Under the pieces are notes generated by a model that did not search any database, was not told the origin of the DNA, and saw only the letters and a program-made list of their open reading frames with translations. Below, in pieces: positions 31,811 to 44,898 of a stretch of DNA of 64,000 bases; the first letter of the stretch is position 1; every line of letters starts with the position of its first letter. The stretch covers positions 736,001 to 800,000 of the forward strand of contig CAVOYH010000004.1 of assembly GCA_963700635.1 (NCBI GenBank). Direction: 5' to 3'. The position numbers were made by a program, and so were the translations under genes. The DNA comes from an uncultured Bacteroidota bacterium (GTDB lineage Bacteria > Bacteroidota > Ignavibacteria > UBA10030 > UBA6906).

Positions 31811-31850
31811 CCGGAAATCTCTCTCCACAATTGTTCAAGAGGTGTAGACT

Positions 31851-32657
31851 ATGAAACCGATTATTCGTGGAACAACACTGACTGTTGTACTGGCCCTGCT
31901 GGTGGTTGCCTGCAGCACAGTGCCTATCACGGGCAGAAAACAGTTAAGCATCATCCCGGCAGGCGAAATGCTCAGCATGAGTTATCAGGAGTACGGTGAG
32001 TTCCTGAAGACCAACAAGCTCAGCACCAACCAGCAGCAGGTCACAATGATCAAGACTGTGGGCGGGCGCATCCAGAAGGCCGTCGAGACGTATTTCCAGC
32101 AAAAAGGTCTCAGCGACGCGCTCAAAGACTACCGCTGGGAGTACAATCTGGTGGAGAGTAAGGAAGTGAATGCGTGGTGTATGCCCGGAGGGAAAGTGGT
32201 CTTCTACACGGGCATTCTGGATGTCACCCGGACAGAAGCCGGCGTTGCGGTTGTGATGGGGCACGAGATCTCGCACGCCATCGCCGAACACGGCAATGAG
32301 CGGATGAGCCAGGGCATGCTCGCGCAGCTTGGCGGCATCGCGCTCTCAGAGGCGCTGAACAAAGAACCGCAGAAAACGAGAGACCTCTGGTTAACCGCCT
32401 ACGGCATCGGCGCGCAGTACGGAGCGCTCCTGCCCTTCAGCCGGACCCAGGAAAGCGAGGCCGATCACCTCGGACTGGTGTTTATGGCAATGGCGGGGTA
32501 TGACCCGAACGAAGCCGCGGCATTCTGGCAGCGGATGTCGGATCTGAAGGGCGGACAGTCACCGCCGGAGTTTTTGAGCACGCACCCCTCTGATGAATCC
32601 CGGATCGCAAACATCCAGCGTCTTGTTCCGGAAGCGATGAAATATTATAAGCCGTAA
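31851..32657 (+). CDS. M48 family metallopeptidase lipoprotein
   Basis: Lipobox VVAC, NAWCMPGG, HEISH, ESEAD, FLSTHP. Confidence 0.92.
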   Translation: MKPIIRGTTLTVVLALLVVACSTVPITGRKQLSIIPAGEMLSMSYQEYGEFLKTNKLSTNQQQVTMIKTVGGRIQKAVETYFQQKGLSDALKDYRWEYNLVESKEVNAWCMPGGKVVFYTGILDVTRTEAGVAVVMGHEISHAIAEHGNERMSQGMLAQLGGIALSEALNKEPQKTRDLWLTAYGIGAQYGALLPFSRTQESEADHLGLVFMAMAGYDPNEAAAFWQRMSDLKGGQSPPEFLSTHPSDESRIANIQRLVPEAMKYYKP

Positions 32658-32665
32658 GGAAACCG

Positions 32666-33238
32666 TCAGCGCCGCGGCGCGGTCCGGCCGAAGAGTAACC
32701 GGTGCGCGGAAGAAAACACCAGGCCGCAGAGCAGCACGACAAGCAGCACTGCTATAAAGGGCGCCAGCAGCGACAGGACCGTCGTAATGACTGAACCGCC
32801 CAGCTCCGCGGTCGCAAGGACAGGATTTCCGAATCCCGCCGTGGCCACCGATGACTTCGTCCTGAGAAGCACTGTCGCCCCTTGAATAAGTCCCGCAATC
32901 CCGCCTCCCCCGATCAACGCCACAACCCACTTGATAAGGGGGGGAACTTCAAGTATCACGGATGCTGACACGACGGTCCCCGCTATTACGGCCGCAGGCG
33001 TCGCGATAAAATCCAGAATGTTATCCACCACCGGGATGTAGTAGGCCACGATCTCCAGCACTGTTGCCGTGCCGAAGGCCAGCAGGGCAGGCAACGTCCC
33101 GATCCAGGCGAATCCCGGCGACAGCTCCAGGATGCCGGTCATCCCTGCAATGCTGAGCGCAAGCAGCGGGACAAACACTCTGAATCCCACTGCCGCGCTC
33201 AAACCGATTCCCAACGCTATACTGACTGCAGCTTCCAT
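32666..33238 (-). CDS. DUF4126-like membrane protein
   Basis: GLSAAVGFRVFVPLL, YYIPVVDNILD, GNPV. Confidence 0.8.
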   Translation of the reverse strand: MEAAVSIALGIGLSAAVGFRVFVPLLALSIAGMTGILELSPGFAWIGTLPALLAFGTATVLEIVAYYIPVVDNILDFIATPAAVIAGTVVSASVILEVPPLIKWVVALIGGGGIAGLIQGATVLLRTKSSVATAGFGNPVLATAELGGSVITTVLSLLAPFIAVLLVVLLCGLVFSSAHRLLFGRTAPRR

Positions 33239-33252
33239 AACAGCCTCCCGGT

Positions 33253-33846
33253 TCAGCCCTTCCGCGACTTGAACATCTTACCCAGAAATCCGCCGACATC
33301 GTCAATGATACTTCCGTCTTTGTCCTGGTCCAGCATGCCCAGCAGTGATCCCATGATGTCCGGTTGGGCCTGACTGGCCTGTTTTGCCTCACCCTGGAGC
33401 AGGTTGGTGAGACTGCCGGCGTCCAGACGGTCACTCGAGGACTTCTGGCCCAGTGCGCCCATGACCATGGGTGCGAGCATTTCGAGGATCTGGCCGGCCT
33501 GTCCCGGCTGAACGCCGGTGGTGCGTCCGAGTGTCTCCTGAACGGCGCCCTGGCGGTTGCCGAGGACATGGCGTAAGATACCCGCGCCTGGTCCCTGTTC
33601 GGACTTTCCGAGAAATCCCATCACGTCATTCAGGATGGAACCGTCGTGGTCTTTGGCGATCGCCTGCTGCAGGGCGTTTGCGCCGGTTGGGGTGGAAGAG
33701 TTGCGCGCCAGGGCGGTAATGAGCAACGGAAGCGCGGCCTGAACGATCTTGGTGGTTGTGGATGAATCAAGCTGGACCTTCTGGCTGATCTGGTTTACCG
33801 CTGCGCCGCCGAGAGCGGAGGCGAGAGTTTCGAGGATTGAGCTCAT
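33253..33846 (-). CDS. DUF937-like protein
   Basis: DHDGSIL, GILRHVLG, LDQDKDGSIIDD. Confidence 0.8.
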   Translation of the reverse strand: MSSILETLASALGGAAVNQISQKVQLDSSTTTKIVQAALPLLITALARNSSTPTGANALQQAIAKDHDGSILNDVMGFLGKSEQGPGAGILRHVLGNRQGAVQETLGRTTGVQPGQAGQILEMLAPMVMGALGQKSSSDRLDAGSLTNLLQGEAKQASQAQPDIMGSLLGMLDQDKDGSIIDDVGGFLGKMFKSRKG

Positions 33847-33962
33847 GAGGTTTCCCTTTGCGTAGTAAGGTGTGTTCTGAGGGGGGGAGTAGGGTTATAA
33901 TTCCCCGCGGATTGATATACATAAAGATACGAAATATGGGGAGAACAGAAAGGGGTTTCTCA

Positions 33963-34028
33963 CGGTGGCCGTCGGCCAGTGGCCGTCGGCCGGTGGCCGT
34001 CAGCCGGTGGCTGTTAGCCGGTGGCTGA
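33963..34028. repeat. degenerate 14-bp tandem repeat (about 4.7 copies of CGGTGGCCGTCRGC)
   Basis: cggtggccgtcggc cagtggccgtcggc cggtggccgtcagc cggtggctgttagc cggtggctga; overlaps the asd stop codon. Confidence 0.85.
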
Positions 34029-35048
34029 GGCGCCGCGGAGGAGTCCGTCAGCCACAAGCCGTTCAGCGATCTGCACTGCGTTCGTCGCCGCTCCCTTGCG
34101 GAGGTTGTCGGACACAATCCACAGAGAGAGCCCATTGGGAACCGTCGGGTCCTTCCGCAGCCGCCCGACAAAGACTTCATCCTTCCCCTCAGCATCCCGT
34201 GGCATCGGATACCGGGAGTGCGCCGGCTCATCGACAAGCACGACCCCCGGTGCATGCCGGAGCAGATCTCTGGCCCGGCTGATGTCCACAGGTCTTGCGA
34301 ACTCGACGGTTACCGCCTCGCTGTGTCCGCCGGTAACCGGGACGCGGACGCAGGTTGCGGTGACACGGATCCCGGAGTCTCCCATAATCTTCACCGTCTC
34401 CCGCATCATCTTCAACTCTTCGCGCGTGTATCCGTCCGCTTCAAAGTCGTCGATGTGAGGGATACAGTTAAAGGCGATAGGATGCGGAAACTTCGGAATC
34501 CCGGCATCCCGCCCCTGCAGCTCGGCAATAAGCTGGTCGTATCCCCGCTGGCCGGCTCCGGTGACGGATTGATACGTTGCAACGACCACCCGGATTATCC
34601 CGAATGTATCGTGCAGGGGCTTGAGGGCGACGACCATCTGGATTGTGGAACAGTTCGGGTTTGCGATAATGCCACGGTGTTTCCGGAGGGCGTCCGGATT
34701 TACCTCCGGGACCACAAGCGGCACTTCCGGGTCCATCCGGAAGACGCTGCTGTTGTCCACCACAACAGTTCCGGTTGCCGCAGCGATGGGGGCATACTGA
34801 CGGCTGATGGCTCCGCCGGCGGAAAAGAGGGCAATCTGTGCTCCGGCTCCGCGAAGGCTCTCCTCCGTCAGAACCCTGACCGGCACGTCGGCTCCCCGGA
34901 ACCGGAGGCCCTTACCTGCAGAACGTGCGGAGGCAAAAAGCACAAGCTCCCGCACCGGGAACCGGCGGTCTTCCAGCACCTGTATCATGGTGCGTCCCAC
35001 CATCCCGGTGGCGCCCACCACCGCGACTGTATATTCTGGAGTGTTCAT
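34014..35048 (-). CDS. asd: aspartate-semialdehyde dehydrogenase
   Basis: GATGMVG, DNSSVFR, ANPNCST, GHSE, DNLRKGAA. Confidence 0.97.
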   Translation of the reverse strand: MNTPEYTVAVVGATGMVGRTMIQVLEDRRFPVRELVLFASARSAGKGLRFRGADVPVRVLTEESLRGAGAQIALFSAGGAISRQYAPIAAATGTVVVDNSSVFRMDPEVPLVVPEVNPDALRKHRGIIANPNCSTIQMVVALKPLHDTFGIIRVVVATYQSVTGAGQRGYDQLIAELQGRDAGIPKFPHPIAFNCIPHIDDFEADGYTREELKMMRETVKIMGDSGIRVTATCVRVPVTGGHSEAVTVEFARPVDISRARDLLRHAPGVVLVDEPAHSRYPMPRDAEGKDEVFVGRLRKDPTVPNGLSLWIVSDNLRKGAATNAVQIAERLVADGLLRGASATG

Positions 35049-36433
35049 CAGTGAAAGATTTCCTGGTACTGGTCCACGGTGTCAAAGAGTTCCGCGTGAA
35101 GCGCTTGAACGGTTGTTGCCACGGCATTTTCATCGATAACAAAGCTGAAATTAATTTCTGAAGCTCCCTGCGAGATCATGTTGATGTTCACGTGTGTGAT
35201 GGCGTTCAGGACGCGCGCGGCGATGCCCGCGCTGTTGCGCAGCTGGTCACCGACGACGCACACAATCGCCTTCCCGCGGTCCACCGTGACGGTGGCAAAC
35301 TGCTGAAGCGCCAGGACAATCTCGTCCAGGTGCGACGTGTCTTTTACTGTCACCGAGACGCTCACATCGGAGGTCGCCACCGTATGTACCACGGTGCCGT
35401 ACTTATGGAACACATCAAACACATTTTCCAGAAAGCCGTGAGCCAGGAACATTCTTGTGGACACGATGCTGATCAGGGTAATCCCTTCCTTGTACGCCAC
35501 CGACTTGACGATGCAGTGCTGGGTGGTGTGCGGTTCAGCCACGATGAGCGTGCCCTGAAAAGACGGCTTGCGTGAATTTAAGACCCGCACGGGAATCGCC
35601 TTCTGGATGGCCGGGAGAATCGTCTCCGGATGCAGTACCCTCGCACCGAAGTAGGCAAGTTCCGATGCCTCGCGGAAGGACATGATGCGGATACGGCGGG
35701 CGCCGGGCACAACCGACGGGTCTGCCGTGAGGATGCCGTCCACATCCGTCCATATCTGAATCTCATCCGCATCCAGGAGCGCCCCGATAAGCGCGGCCGA
35801 ATGATCCGAGCCACCGCGTCCGATGGTCGTGGTGATACCTCCGCGGGTGGCCCCGATAAAACCCTGGGTGACAACCACCTTGTGCTCGCGCAGCAGCGGG
35901 AGGGCAATCCGGTGCAGCCGGTGCCGGGTTTCAGCAAGATCCGGGACCGCCCGGGTGAACTCCGCGTCGGTGGTCATAAACGTGCGGGCATCCAGCAACG
36001 TGCTGGAGATGCCGGTGTGGCGGAGATACGATTCCAGAATCATGCTTGACAATCGCTCGCCATAGGATGCGAGGAGGTCAAGCGAACGGGGGGTGAGTTC
36101 GCCCAGGATGACTTATGCCGCTCACGAGCGCGAGCAATTCCGCGGCGGAGATATCGATCACGGATTGAACCGCTGCTCGCTCCGGATGGGGGAGGACGTC
36201 CTCGACGATCGTTGCGTGCTGCTGTGCGATCTGCATTACGAGGGCATTTGCCTCTTCGGCGCGCCCCTCGCCGGCCAGGGTCCCTATGTGCAAAAGTTGA
36301 TTGGTCACCCCCGCACAGGCGGAAATCACAACAAGCGTGGTATCGCCGGGGCTGTTCTTCACAATCTCTGCCACCCGGCGCATTGCGTCTCCGTTTTCCA
36401 CGGACGTGCCGCCGAATTTTGTCACAACGAGTT

Positions 36434-36437
<4 letters not shown>
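35048..36437 (-). CDS. lysC: aspartate kinase, one apparent frameshift near 36110
   Basis: KFGGTSV in the first ORF; GRGGSD, WTDVDG and ACT domains in the second. Confidence 0.9.
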
Positions 36438-39193
<2,756 letters not shown>

Positions 39194-39200
39194 TTACATA

Positions 39201-39224
39201 CTGTATATTGTATACAATATACAG
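39201..39224. promoter_or_regulatory. perfect 24-bp palindrome, candidate GntR/FadR operator
   Basis: CTGTATATTGTA|TACAATATACAG, ending 9 bp before the GntR ATG. Confidence 0.75.
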
Positions 39225-39233
39225 AAAGGCCTT

Positions 39234-39971
39234 ATGGCGCGGAAAGCGGCAACAGAACGGAGCGTGGATCTGGGGTTTGACCGGGATGAAGTAAAGACCC
39301 TCCGGGACCGGATCGCGCAACGGATACGGGCATCGATCATTGACGGGCGGATCACGCCCGGGCAGCGGCTCGCGGAACCGGACCTGTCGCTGCAACTGGG
39401 TGTCAGCCGTACGCCCCTGCGCGAGGCGCTTCTGCAGCTTGATTCCGAAGGGTTTGTGCGCGTCACGCCCCGACGCGGGGCGGTGGTAAGCGCGCTTTCC
39501 CATGAAGATGCGCACGATACCTATCAGGTCAAAGGTGTGCTCGAGGCCTTCGCAGCGCGGCTGGCGTGCGAGCGGATGACTGCAGCCGAGCTGAAACAGC
39601 TGCGCGGGATCCACGACCATATGCGCCGCATCGCCGCGGCCCGCACAAAAGACGTCAAAGCCATCCTCCAGAGTAACGCAGAATTCCATCAGGCCCTCAG
39701 CGACGCGTCGGGGAACGAAAAACTTGCCGGCTACATCCGTTCATTGCGCAGCCAGGCACTCCGCTATAATTATATCTATCTGTCCGTCCTCTCACATCTT
39801 GCCACCTCGATGAAGGAACATGACCGTATCCTTGCCGCACTCCAGAAACGTGACGGTGCGGGCGTGGAACGCCTCGTGCGCGCCCACGGCGAAGCAGCAG
39901 GGAAGGCGCTCTGCGCCTACATCGACCGGCATGCGGGAGGGAACCATGTCAACGATCGTCACGGGAGTTGA
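39234..39971 (+). CDS. GntR (FadR/FCD subfamily) transcriptional regulator
   Basis: PGQRL.E...LGVSRTPLREAL; FCD N.EFH...EH. Confidence 0.93.
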   Translation: MARKAATERSVDLGFDRDEVKTLRDRIAQRIRASIIDGRITPGQRLAEPDLSLQLGVSRTPLREALLQLDSEGFVRVTPRRGAVVSALSHEDAHDTYQVKGVLEAFAARLACERMTAAELKQLRGIHDHMRRIAAARTKDVKAILQSNAEFHQALSDASGNEKLAGYIRSLRSQALRYNYIYLSVLSHLATSMKEHDRILAALQKRDGAGVERLVRAHGEAAGKALCAYIDRHAGGNHVNDRHGS

Positions 39972-39973
39972 AA

Positions 39974-40897
39974 ATGAAAAAAATCCGGGTTGCGGTTGTC
40001 GGGTACGGTAATGTGGGCCGTTGCGCGGTGGAAGCTGTCATCTGTGAACCGGACATGGAGCTTGTCGGGATTGTCGAGGTGCCCGAGGTCGTCTCCAGAG
40101 ACTGTCCCTATTCCGAACGGGATCCCATCGTCCTGCAGCGTACGCGCATCGTCTCGGACGTCAAGGAGCTTTCCGGCATTGACGCGGCCGTGCTCTGCTG
40201 TCCGTCCCGCATCATCCGGGAATCGGCAAAGAAGATGCTCCGCCTCGGGATACGCACGGTGGACAGTTTTGATATGCACCATGAGATCCCCGCGCTCCGC
40301 AAGGAGCTGGACGCTGTTGCAAAGGAGTTTAACTCTGCGGCGATCCTCTCCGCCGGATGGGATCCGGGGATTGACTCGGTGATGCGGGGGTGGTTCCAGG
40401 CAATGGCACCGCGTGGCATCACCTACACGAACTACGGCCCGGGACTCTCCATGGGCCATTCGGTGGCTGTCCGGGAGATCCCCGGAGTGCGCAACGCCAT
40501 CTCCATCACCGTCCCTGTCGGGATGGGCATCCACCGCCGCATGGTGTATGTGCAATTGAAGGAAGGCGCCGAGTTCGAAGCGGTGGAAAAGCTCATCAAA
40601 AAAGATCCCTATTTCGAAAAGGACCGCACGTACGTCTATCAGGTGGAAGACGTCAGCTCGCTGATGGATACCGGTCACGGCGTGCTGCTCGAACGGAACG
40701 GCGTCTCGGGGATCACGCACAACCAGTCGATGCGGTTCCAGCTGAAGGTGAACAATCCGGCCCTGACGGCCCAGGTGATGGTGTCCGCCGCGCGTGCTGT
40801 CATGCAGCAGAAACCGGGATGTTACACCATGATCGAGCTTCCGGTGGTGGATTTTCTCCCCGGTGATGTGGACAGTTTTGTGACACGGTTTGTATGA
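39974..40897 (+). CDS. ddh: meso-diaminopimelate D-dehydrogenase family enzyme (short, type II-like)
   Basis: VVGYGNVG, TVDSFD, AGWDPG, GPGLSMGHS, HG, NPALTAQ. Confidence 0.85.
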   Translation: MKKIRVAVVGYGNVGRCAVEAVICEPDMELVGIVEVPEVVSRDCPYSERDPIVLQRTRIVSDVKELSGIDAAVLCCPSRIIRESAKKMLRLGIRTVDSFDMHHEIPALRKELDAVAKEFNSAAILSAGWDPGIDSVMRGWFQAMAPRGITYTNYGPGLSMGHSVAVREIPGVRNAISITVPVGMGIHRRMVYVQLKEGAEFEAVEKLIKKDPYFEKDRTYVYQVEDVSSLMDTGHGVLLERNGVSGITHNQSMRFQLKVNNPALTAQVMVSAARAVMQQKPGCYTMIELPVVDFLPGDVDSFVTRFV

Positions 40898-41352
40898 GGA
40901 CGCCCATGAATGATCCCTATGCGCGAAAGCTGATCAACCGGAATTTTTTCTCGGCGAAGGCGGATGTCCATGGCCGCGTGCTTGTGGTGCTGGACGGGCT
41001 CCTGGAAAACCGGAGTCTGGATCTTATCACCCCGATCTCCCGCGCGTTTCCGGGCGGATCGATCATTGAACTGATCGGCACGGATGAAAAGGGAGCGGCA
41101 CCGGGGGAGAGCGTGCAGAAAATTTGTTACATCGCATTTGTGGAGCTGGACGAAGCCGGTGTGTTGCTGGCCGGCGATCCGGTTTCGATCAAAGGTAAAA
41201 ATGTCGGCACGATTGTCGGGTTCGACGATACGCACATGCCCAATCATCAGAATACGATTCTCCGTGTGGAGAAACGGATTTCGGGGGCGGACCTTCGTCT
41301 GAGTCCAGGCGATCCGGTCTGTGTTCACGGTTTTTCAACAACTCCATCCTAA
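40894..41352 (+). CDS. DUF6917-like hypothetical protein
   Basis: SRA...IELI.TDE...AFVE...GFDDTHMPNHQN; family recalled from memory. Confidence 0.6.
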   Translation: MRTPMNDPYARKLINRNFFSAKADVHGRVLVVLDGLLENRSLDLITPISRAFPGGSIIELIGTDEKGAAPGESVQKICYIAFVELDEAGVLLAGDPVSIKGKNVGTIVGFDDTHMPNHQNTILRVEKRISGADLRLSPGDPVCVHGFSTTPS

Positions 41353-41366
41353 GAAAGGAAACATTG

Positions 41367-42833
41367 ATGGCAAAGCCAGAATTCAAATTTCAGATGTACA
41401 AACGACTGCAGGTGAACACACCCAAGATCTATGCAGACGCAAAAAAGGCCGCCGAAACGCTCAAGATGCCGGCCGAGCTCAAGGGAGTGATCGGTCTCAC
41501 CGGCGCAATCTCCGGATGCCCGTCCCCTCTGCGCGAAGATATTGAAAAGGTGATGGCGGTTGAATCCCGCAAGGTGGTGCCGCTGAACGTGTATGTGGAT
41601 CAGATCCGTGAAATTATCAAGGGCGCTTACGGCGACGACTATGACGCCGCCCCGGTGAATACGTGTGAAGGCGGGCTCTGGACAACATTTGACTGCCTCA
41701 TGACGCCGCCCATGCAGGGGCGTGGCGACAACTACCGCACGCGGTACATCACCCCGTACGAGCGCCACATCCACCATCACGGTGGATACGGACGCCCTTA
41801 CCCGCCCCGTTTTAAGGACATCCTTGCCGACCGGGGCAGCACGGCGGGGGAGCTCGGGTTCTACGGCAAGCGTCAGAACAACCTGGATACGGTGTTTGTG
41901 CCGCTTCCCGGCGCGACCTATCCTGTGCACGGCATCAACTATCACCCCGTACCGTTGTTGAAGAACGTGGACGCAAAGGCCTCGATCGCAGCATTACAGG
42001 CTGCGGCAAAGCAGCACGAACAGCTTCTGGCCGGCTTCGCCTCTCTCGGATATGACACCACCGGCTACGGTTACGGTAAAAAAGACGCTGATGGTACGCC
42101 CGTTCTTCTGAAAGGGATCGCCGGGATTGCCCGCTCGTACGATGTACCGTACGTCATTGACAATGCATGGGGAATGCCCATCATCGGCACCAGCATCAAA
42201 AAGGTGGGCGCCGACGTGATGATCTTCAGCATGGACAAGGCCACCGGTTCGCCGACCAGCGCGCTTATTATCGGGCGGGAAGAAGTTATGGTTCCCATCC
42301 GCCGGGCGCTTGGGTATCATGGCGCACGTTATGGCACCACTGCGTCGTATGGCAAAGCCGCCTACGTGACCATGGATCCGGGGAAGGAAGGCCTTTCGGG
42401 GCAGGTTGCAGCGCTGAAGGTGCTGCGGGACAAGCCCGAAGTCCTGAAAAAACCGATTGATGATCTGTATAAGATCGTGACGGAAGAGTTCCGGAAAATC
42501 GACAGCCGTATCCGTCCCTTCTTCAAGATCGAAAAGAGTTACAACTCGGGCGTGGTGGAAATTAATTACGAGGACAGCTGGAAGGGCGGGCGGCTGGGCA
42601 TTCCGATCTTCTCGATCGAAGACATGTACTCCGGCTCACACCTGCTGCAGGACGGGATGTCGCAGATGGGCATCATCCCGACGATCGCCTATGATGCGAA
42701 CATCTTCATCTCCCCCGGACTCGGCACCACGGATTCGCACGGCCAGGTGATCCCGGAACGGGCCCGGATGGTGGTACGCGGACTGGTGATGCTGATTGAA
42801 ATCGTCTGCGAACATGCCGGAATCTACGAGTAA
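41367..42833 (+). CDS. fold-type I PLP-dependent enzyme of unknown specificity
   Basis: VIDNAWG (PLP Asp) and FSMDKATG (Schiff-base Lys). Confidence 0.7.
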   Translation: MAKPEFKFQMYKRLQVNTPKIYADAKKAAETLKMPAELKGVIGLTGAISGCPSPLREDIEKVMAVESRKVVPLNVYVDQIREIIKGAYGDDYDAAPVNTCEGGLWTTFDCLMTPPMQGRGDNYRTRYITPYERHIHHHGGYGRPYPPRFKDILADRGSTAGELGFYGKRQNNLDTVFVPLPGATYPVHGINYHPVPLLKNVDAKASIAALQAAAKQHEQLLAGFASLGYDTTGYGYGKKDADGTPVLLKGIAGIARSYDVPYVIDNAWGMPIIGTSIKKVGADVMIFSMDKATGSPTSALIIGREEVMVPIRRALGYHGARYGTTASYGKAAYVTMDPGKEGLSGQVAALKVLRDKPEVLKKPIDDLYKIVTEEFRKIDSRIRPFFKIEKSYNSGVVEINYEDSWKGGRLGIPIFSIEDMYSGSHLLQDGMSQMGIIPTIAYDANIFISPGLGTTDSHGQVIPERARMVVRGLVMLIEIVCEHAGIYE

Positions 42834-42838
42834 GCGCC

Positions 42839-43093
42839 ATGCGAGCACTGGATCATATCGTTGACGGCCTGGACATAGAAACCTACCTCGTCTGTTCCAG
42901 CGAGCGGGAAGGGAAGGACCTTGCCCTGCGTCTGGGGCAGGAGCTGCAGCTTGGTGAAGTGGATCTGATGTTCCAGGAATTTGACGGGTACGGGATGCGT
43001 GTGCGGATTCGTAAATACGTGCACAGGCCGGGCGACCCGTACCGCTGGCTCGGGGCTTTTGGCGGGGCGCAGGAGAAGGAGGAGGAAACATGA
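42839..43093 (+). CDS. small hypothetical protein
   Basis: 84 aa; overlaps the start of the next gene (ATGA). Confidence 0.65.
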   Translation: MRALDHIVDGLDIETYLVCSSEREGKDLALRLGQELQLGEVDLMFQEFDGYGMRVRIRKYVHRPGDPYRWLGAFGGAQEKEEET

Positions 43094-44898
43094 CTCCCCA
43101 CAACATCCTGTGTGTTCCGCTGGATCCGGTGCACGATGTCGGAATCAAGATCATCCGGAACGCTCTGGCCCGGAGGGGGCACACCACAGTGCTGCTCTCT
43201 CCGGACCTCAGCATGGAAGCTGTGGTCCGGCGGGCGGCGTCAGAGCATTTTGACGACATCCTTGTCAGCCGCACGCTCGGGTATGGTGTGGCGGAGCTGC
43301 TGGGGCGTTTTGTGGATCTGCTGGATGCGGCCGGTGTACGTTCGGGCAGCCGTGTGATTCTGGGGGGAAAGGCAATCACTCCGGAACTGGCTGCCGAGCT
43401 TGGCTTCGACCGTGGGTTCGACGAACATGCTGCCATTGAGGATATCGTGGCGTATGTGGAAGGGCGGCGGAGTGAAGCCGGAACCAGGGAGCGGGTGCGA
43501 GTAAAGCCGGATATCACTGCCGGGTACACCTATGAGGTCCATGATCCGGTCGTGCGTGAGTATCTGGATGAGATTGTTGCAAAACTGCTCCGATGGGCTG
43601 AAGGGAAGAGTACTCCCGGCGTCCGCCGGATGAAAGTACGCGAGGAACTTCTGAAGGCGCCCGATGCAGCCGCGGCGGAGCGATTGGAGAAAGAATACGC
43701 CTCGTACTGCGATCCCGTGATTCTCGAAGCGCGCCGGTCGGGCGTGCTTCCGAAGGGAGTGCGGAAGATAAACCCGCACGAACTTGAATCGGTGCGTGCC
43801 GGGCTCCGGACACGGAGTGCTTACAGGCCGGTTTCCATACGGCATCAGACGGAGAAGCCCCTGGTGTTCAAGTTTCTGGGGAGCGGTTGTCCGTTGATGG
43901 ATCTTGTGCACGGGAAAGTGTGTGAGCGGTGGGGGATAGACGGGTTTCTGGTGATCAATCCCTCATGGGAAGCGCGTTATGAAGGGTTGATGGATGGGTT
44001 GTTGACGCATGAGCAGGACGGCACGATAACTTCCTTTGAGAATGTCCGGTTGATGCGGGAGCTGTTGGATCCGGCAACCTTGCTCACTGTGCGAGCGCAC
44101 CGCGGGCTGAATACGCCCGAGACCGTACTGCTTGCGGGGAGTGCCGGTGCGGAGATGACGAAGATTGATCTGGTGTACGGCTCGCTCGGGGCCGGCACCG
44201 ACCCGGAGCGTCTGGCTGTGGACGGGATCGAGGCGATGCGTCTGGCGGCGCGGTTCGGTATGCCCTTTGATATACCGGGGAACGACGAACTCAGCGGCGT
44301 GCCTGCCTGGAAGACTCTTGCCGGGCTTCTTATTAATGTGCACCTGGGGCGTGCCCTTGGAGCGCGGCCCATACTAAAACCGCTGTTCTGTTACGGTCCG
44401 CACATCGTCATTAACGGACTGATGGATCAGAACTTTGTGGATTACAATACCGCGAAGATACGTGTGCTCCGGGCTCTTGTGGACTCTCCGATCTGGCCCG
44501 GGGAGCCCATTGCATTTATGACGCAGAGTGAAGACCGGGTACAATCGGCGAGTGCGACTGCCTTTCATGCTGCGCTTGCTGTGGCACTGGGTGTAGATGC
44601 CATCACCATCGCATCCACTGATGAGGCCTACTCGCGCGGACCGATATGTCTGGCCTCGCGGCTTGACAGTATTCAGGGTGTGCGCGAAGGAGCGCGGTTT
44701 CTGGGCGATGCATCGTTCACGCCGACTGCGGCATCGGAGCGTACGGCCGGGGAGATGACAGAGAAGATCCGGGAGACGCTTGACCGGGTGCGGCAGGCGG
44801 AGCATCTTCCGGCTGCCATCCATGCGGGTTTGCTGGGTGACAGTGAAGATGGGGCATATCCCGGGACATTCGGGAAAGGAACGGTTGTCGGGGCGTGA
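43090..44898 (+). CDS. cobalamin-binding protein, putative B12-dependent mutase
   Basis: N-terminal DPVHDVG...SRTLG...LGG base-off/His-on motif, then a ~450-aa unassigned domain. Confidence 0.75.
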   Translation: MTPHNILCVPLDPVHDVGIKIIRNALARRGHTTVLLSPDLSMEAVVRRAASEHFDDILVSRTLGYGVAELLGRFVDLLDAAGVRSGSRVILGGKAITPELAAELGFDRGFDEHAAIEDIVAYVEGRRSEAGTRERVRVKPDITAGYTYEVHDPVVREYLDEIVAKLLRWAEGKSTPGVRRMKVREELLKAPDAAAAERLEKEYASYCDPVILEARRSGVLPKGVRKINPHELESVRAGLRTRSAYRPVSIRHQTEKPLVFKFLGSGCPLMDLVHGKVCERWGIDGFLVINPSWEARYEGLMDGLLTHEQDGTITSFENVRLMRELLDPATLLTVRAHRGLNTPETVLLAGSAGAEMTKIDLVYGSLGAGTDPERLAVDGIEAMRLAARFGMPFDIPGNDELSGVPAWKTLAGLLINVHLGRALGARPILKPLFCYGPHIVINGLMDQNFVDYNTAKIRVLRALVDSPIWPGEPIAFMTQSEDRVQSASATAFHAALAVALGVDAITIASTDEAYSRGPICLASRLDSIQGVREGARFLGDASFTPTAASERTAGEMTEKIRETLDRVRQAEHLPAAIHAGLLGDSEDGAYPGTFGKGTVVGA

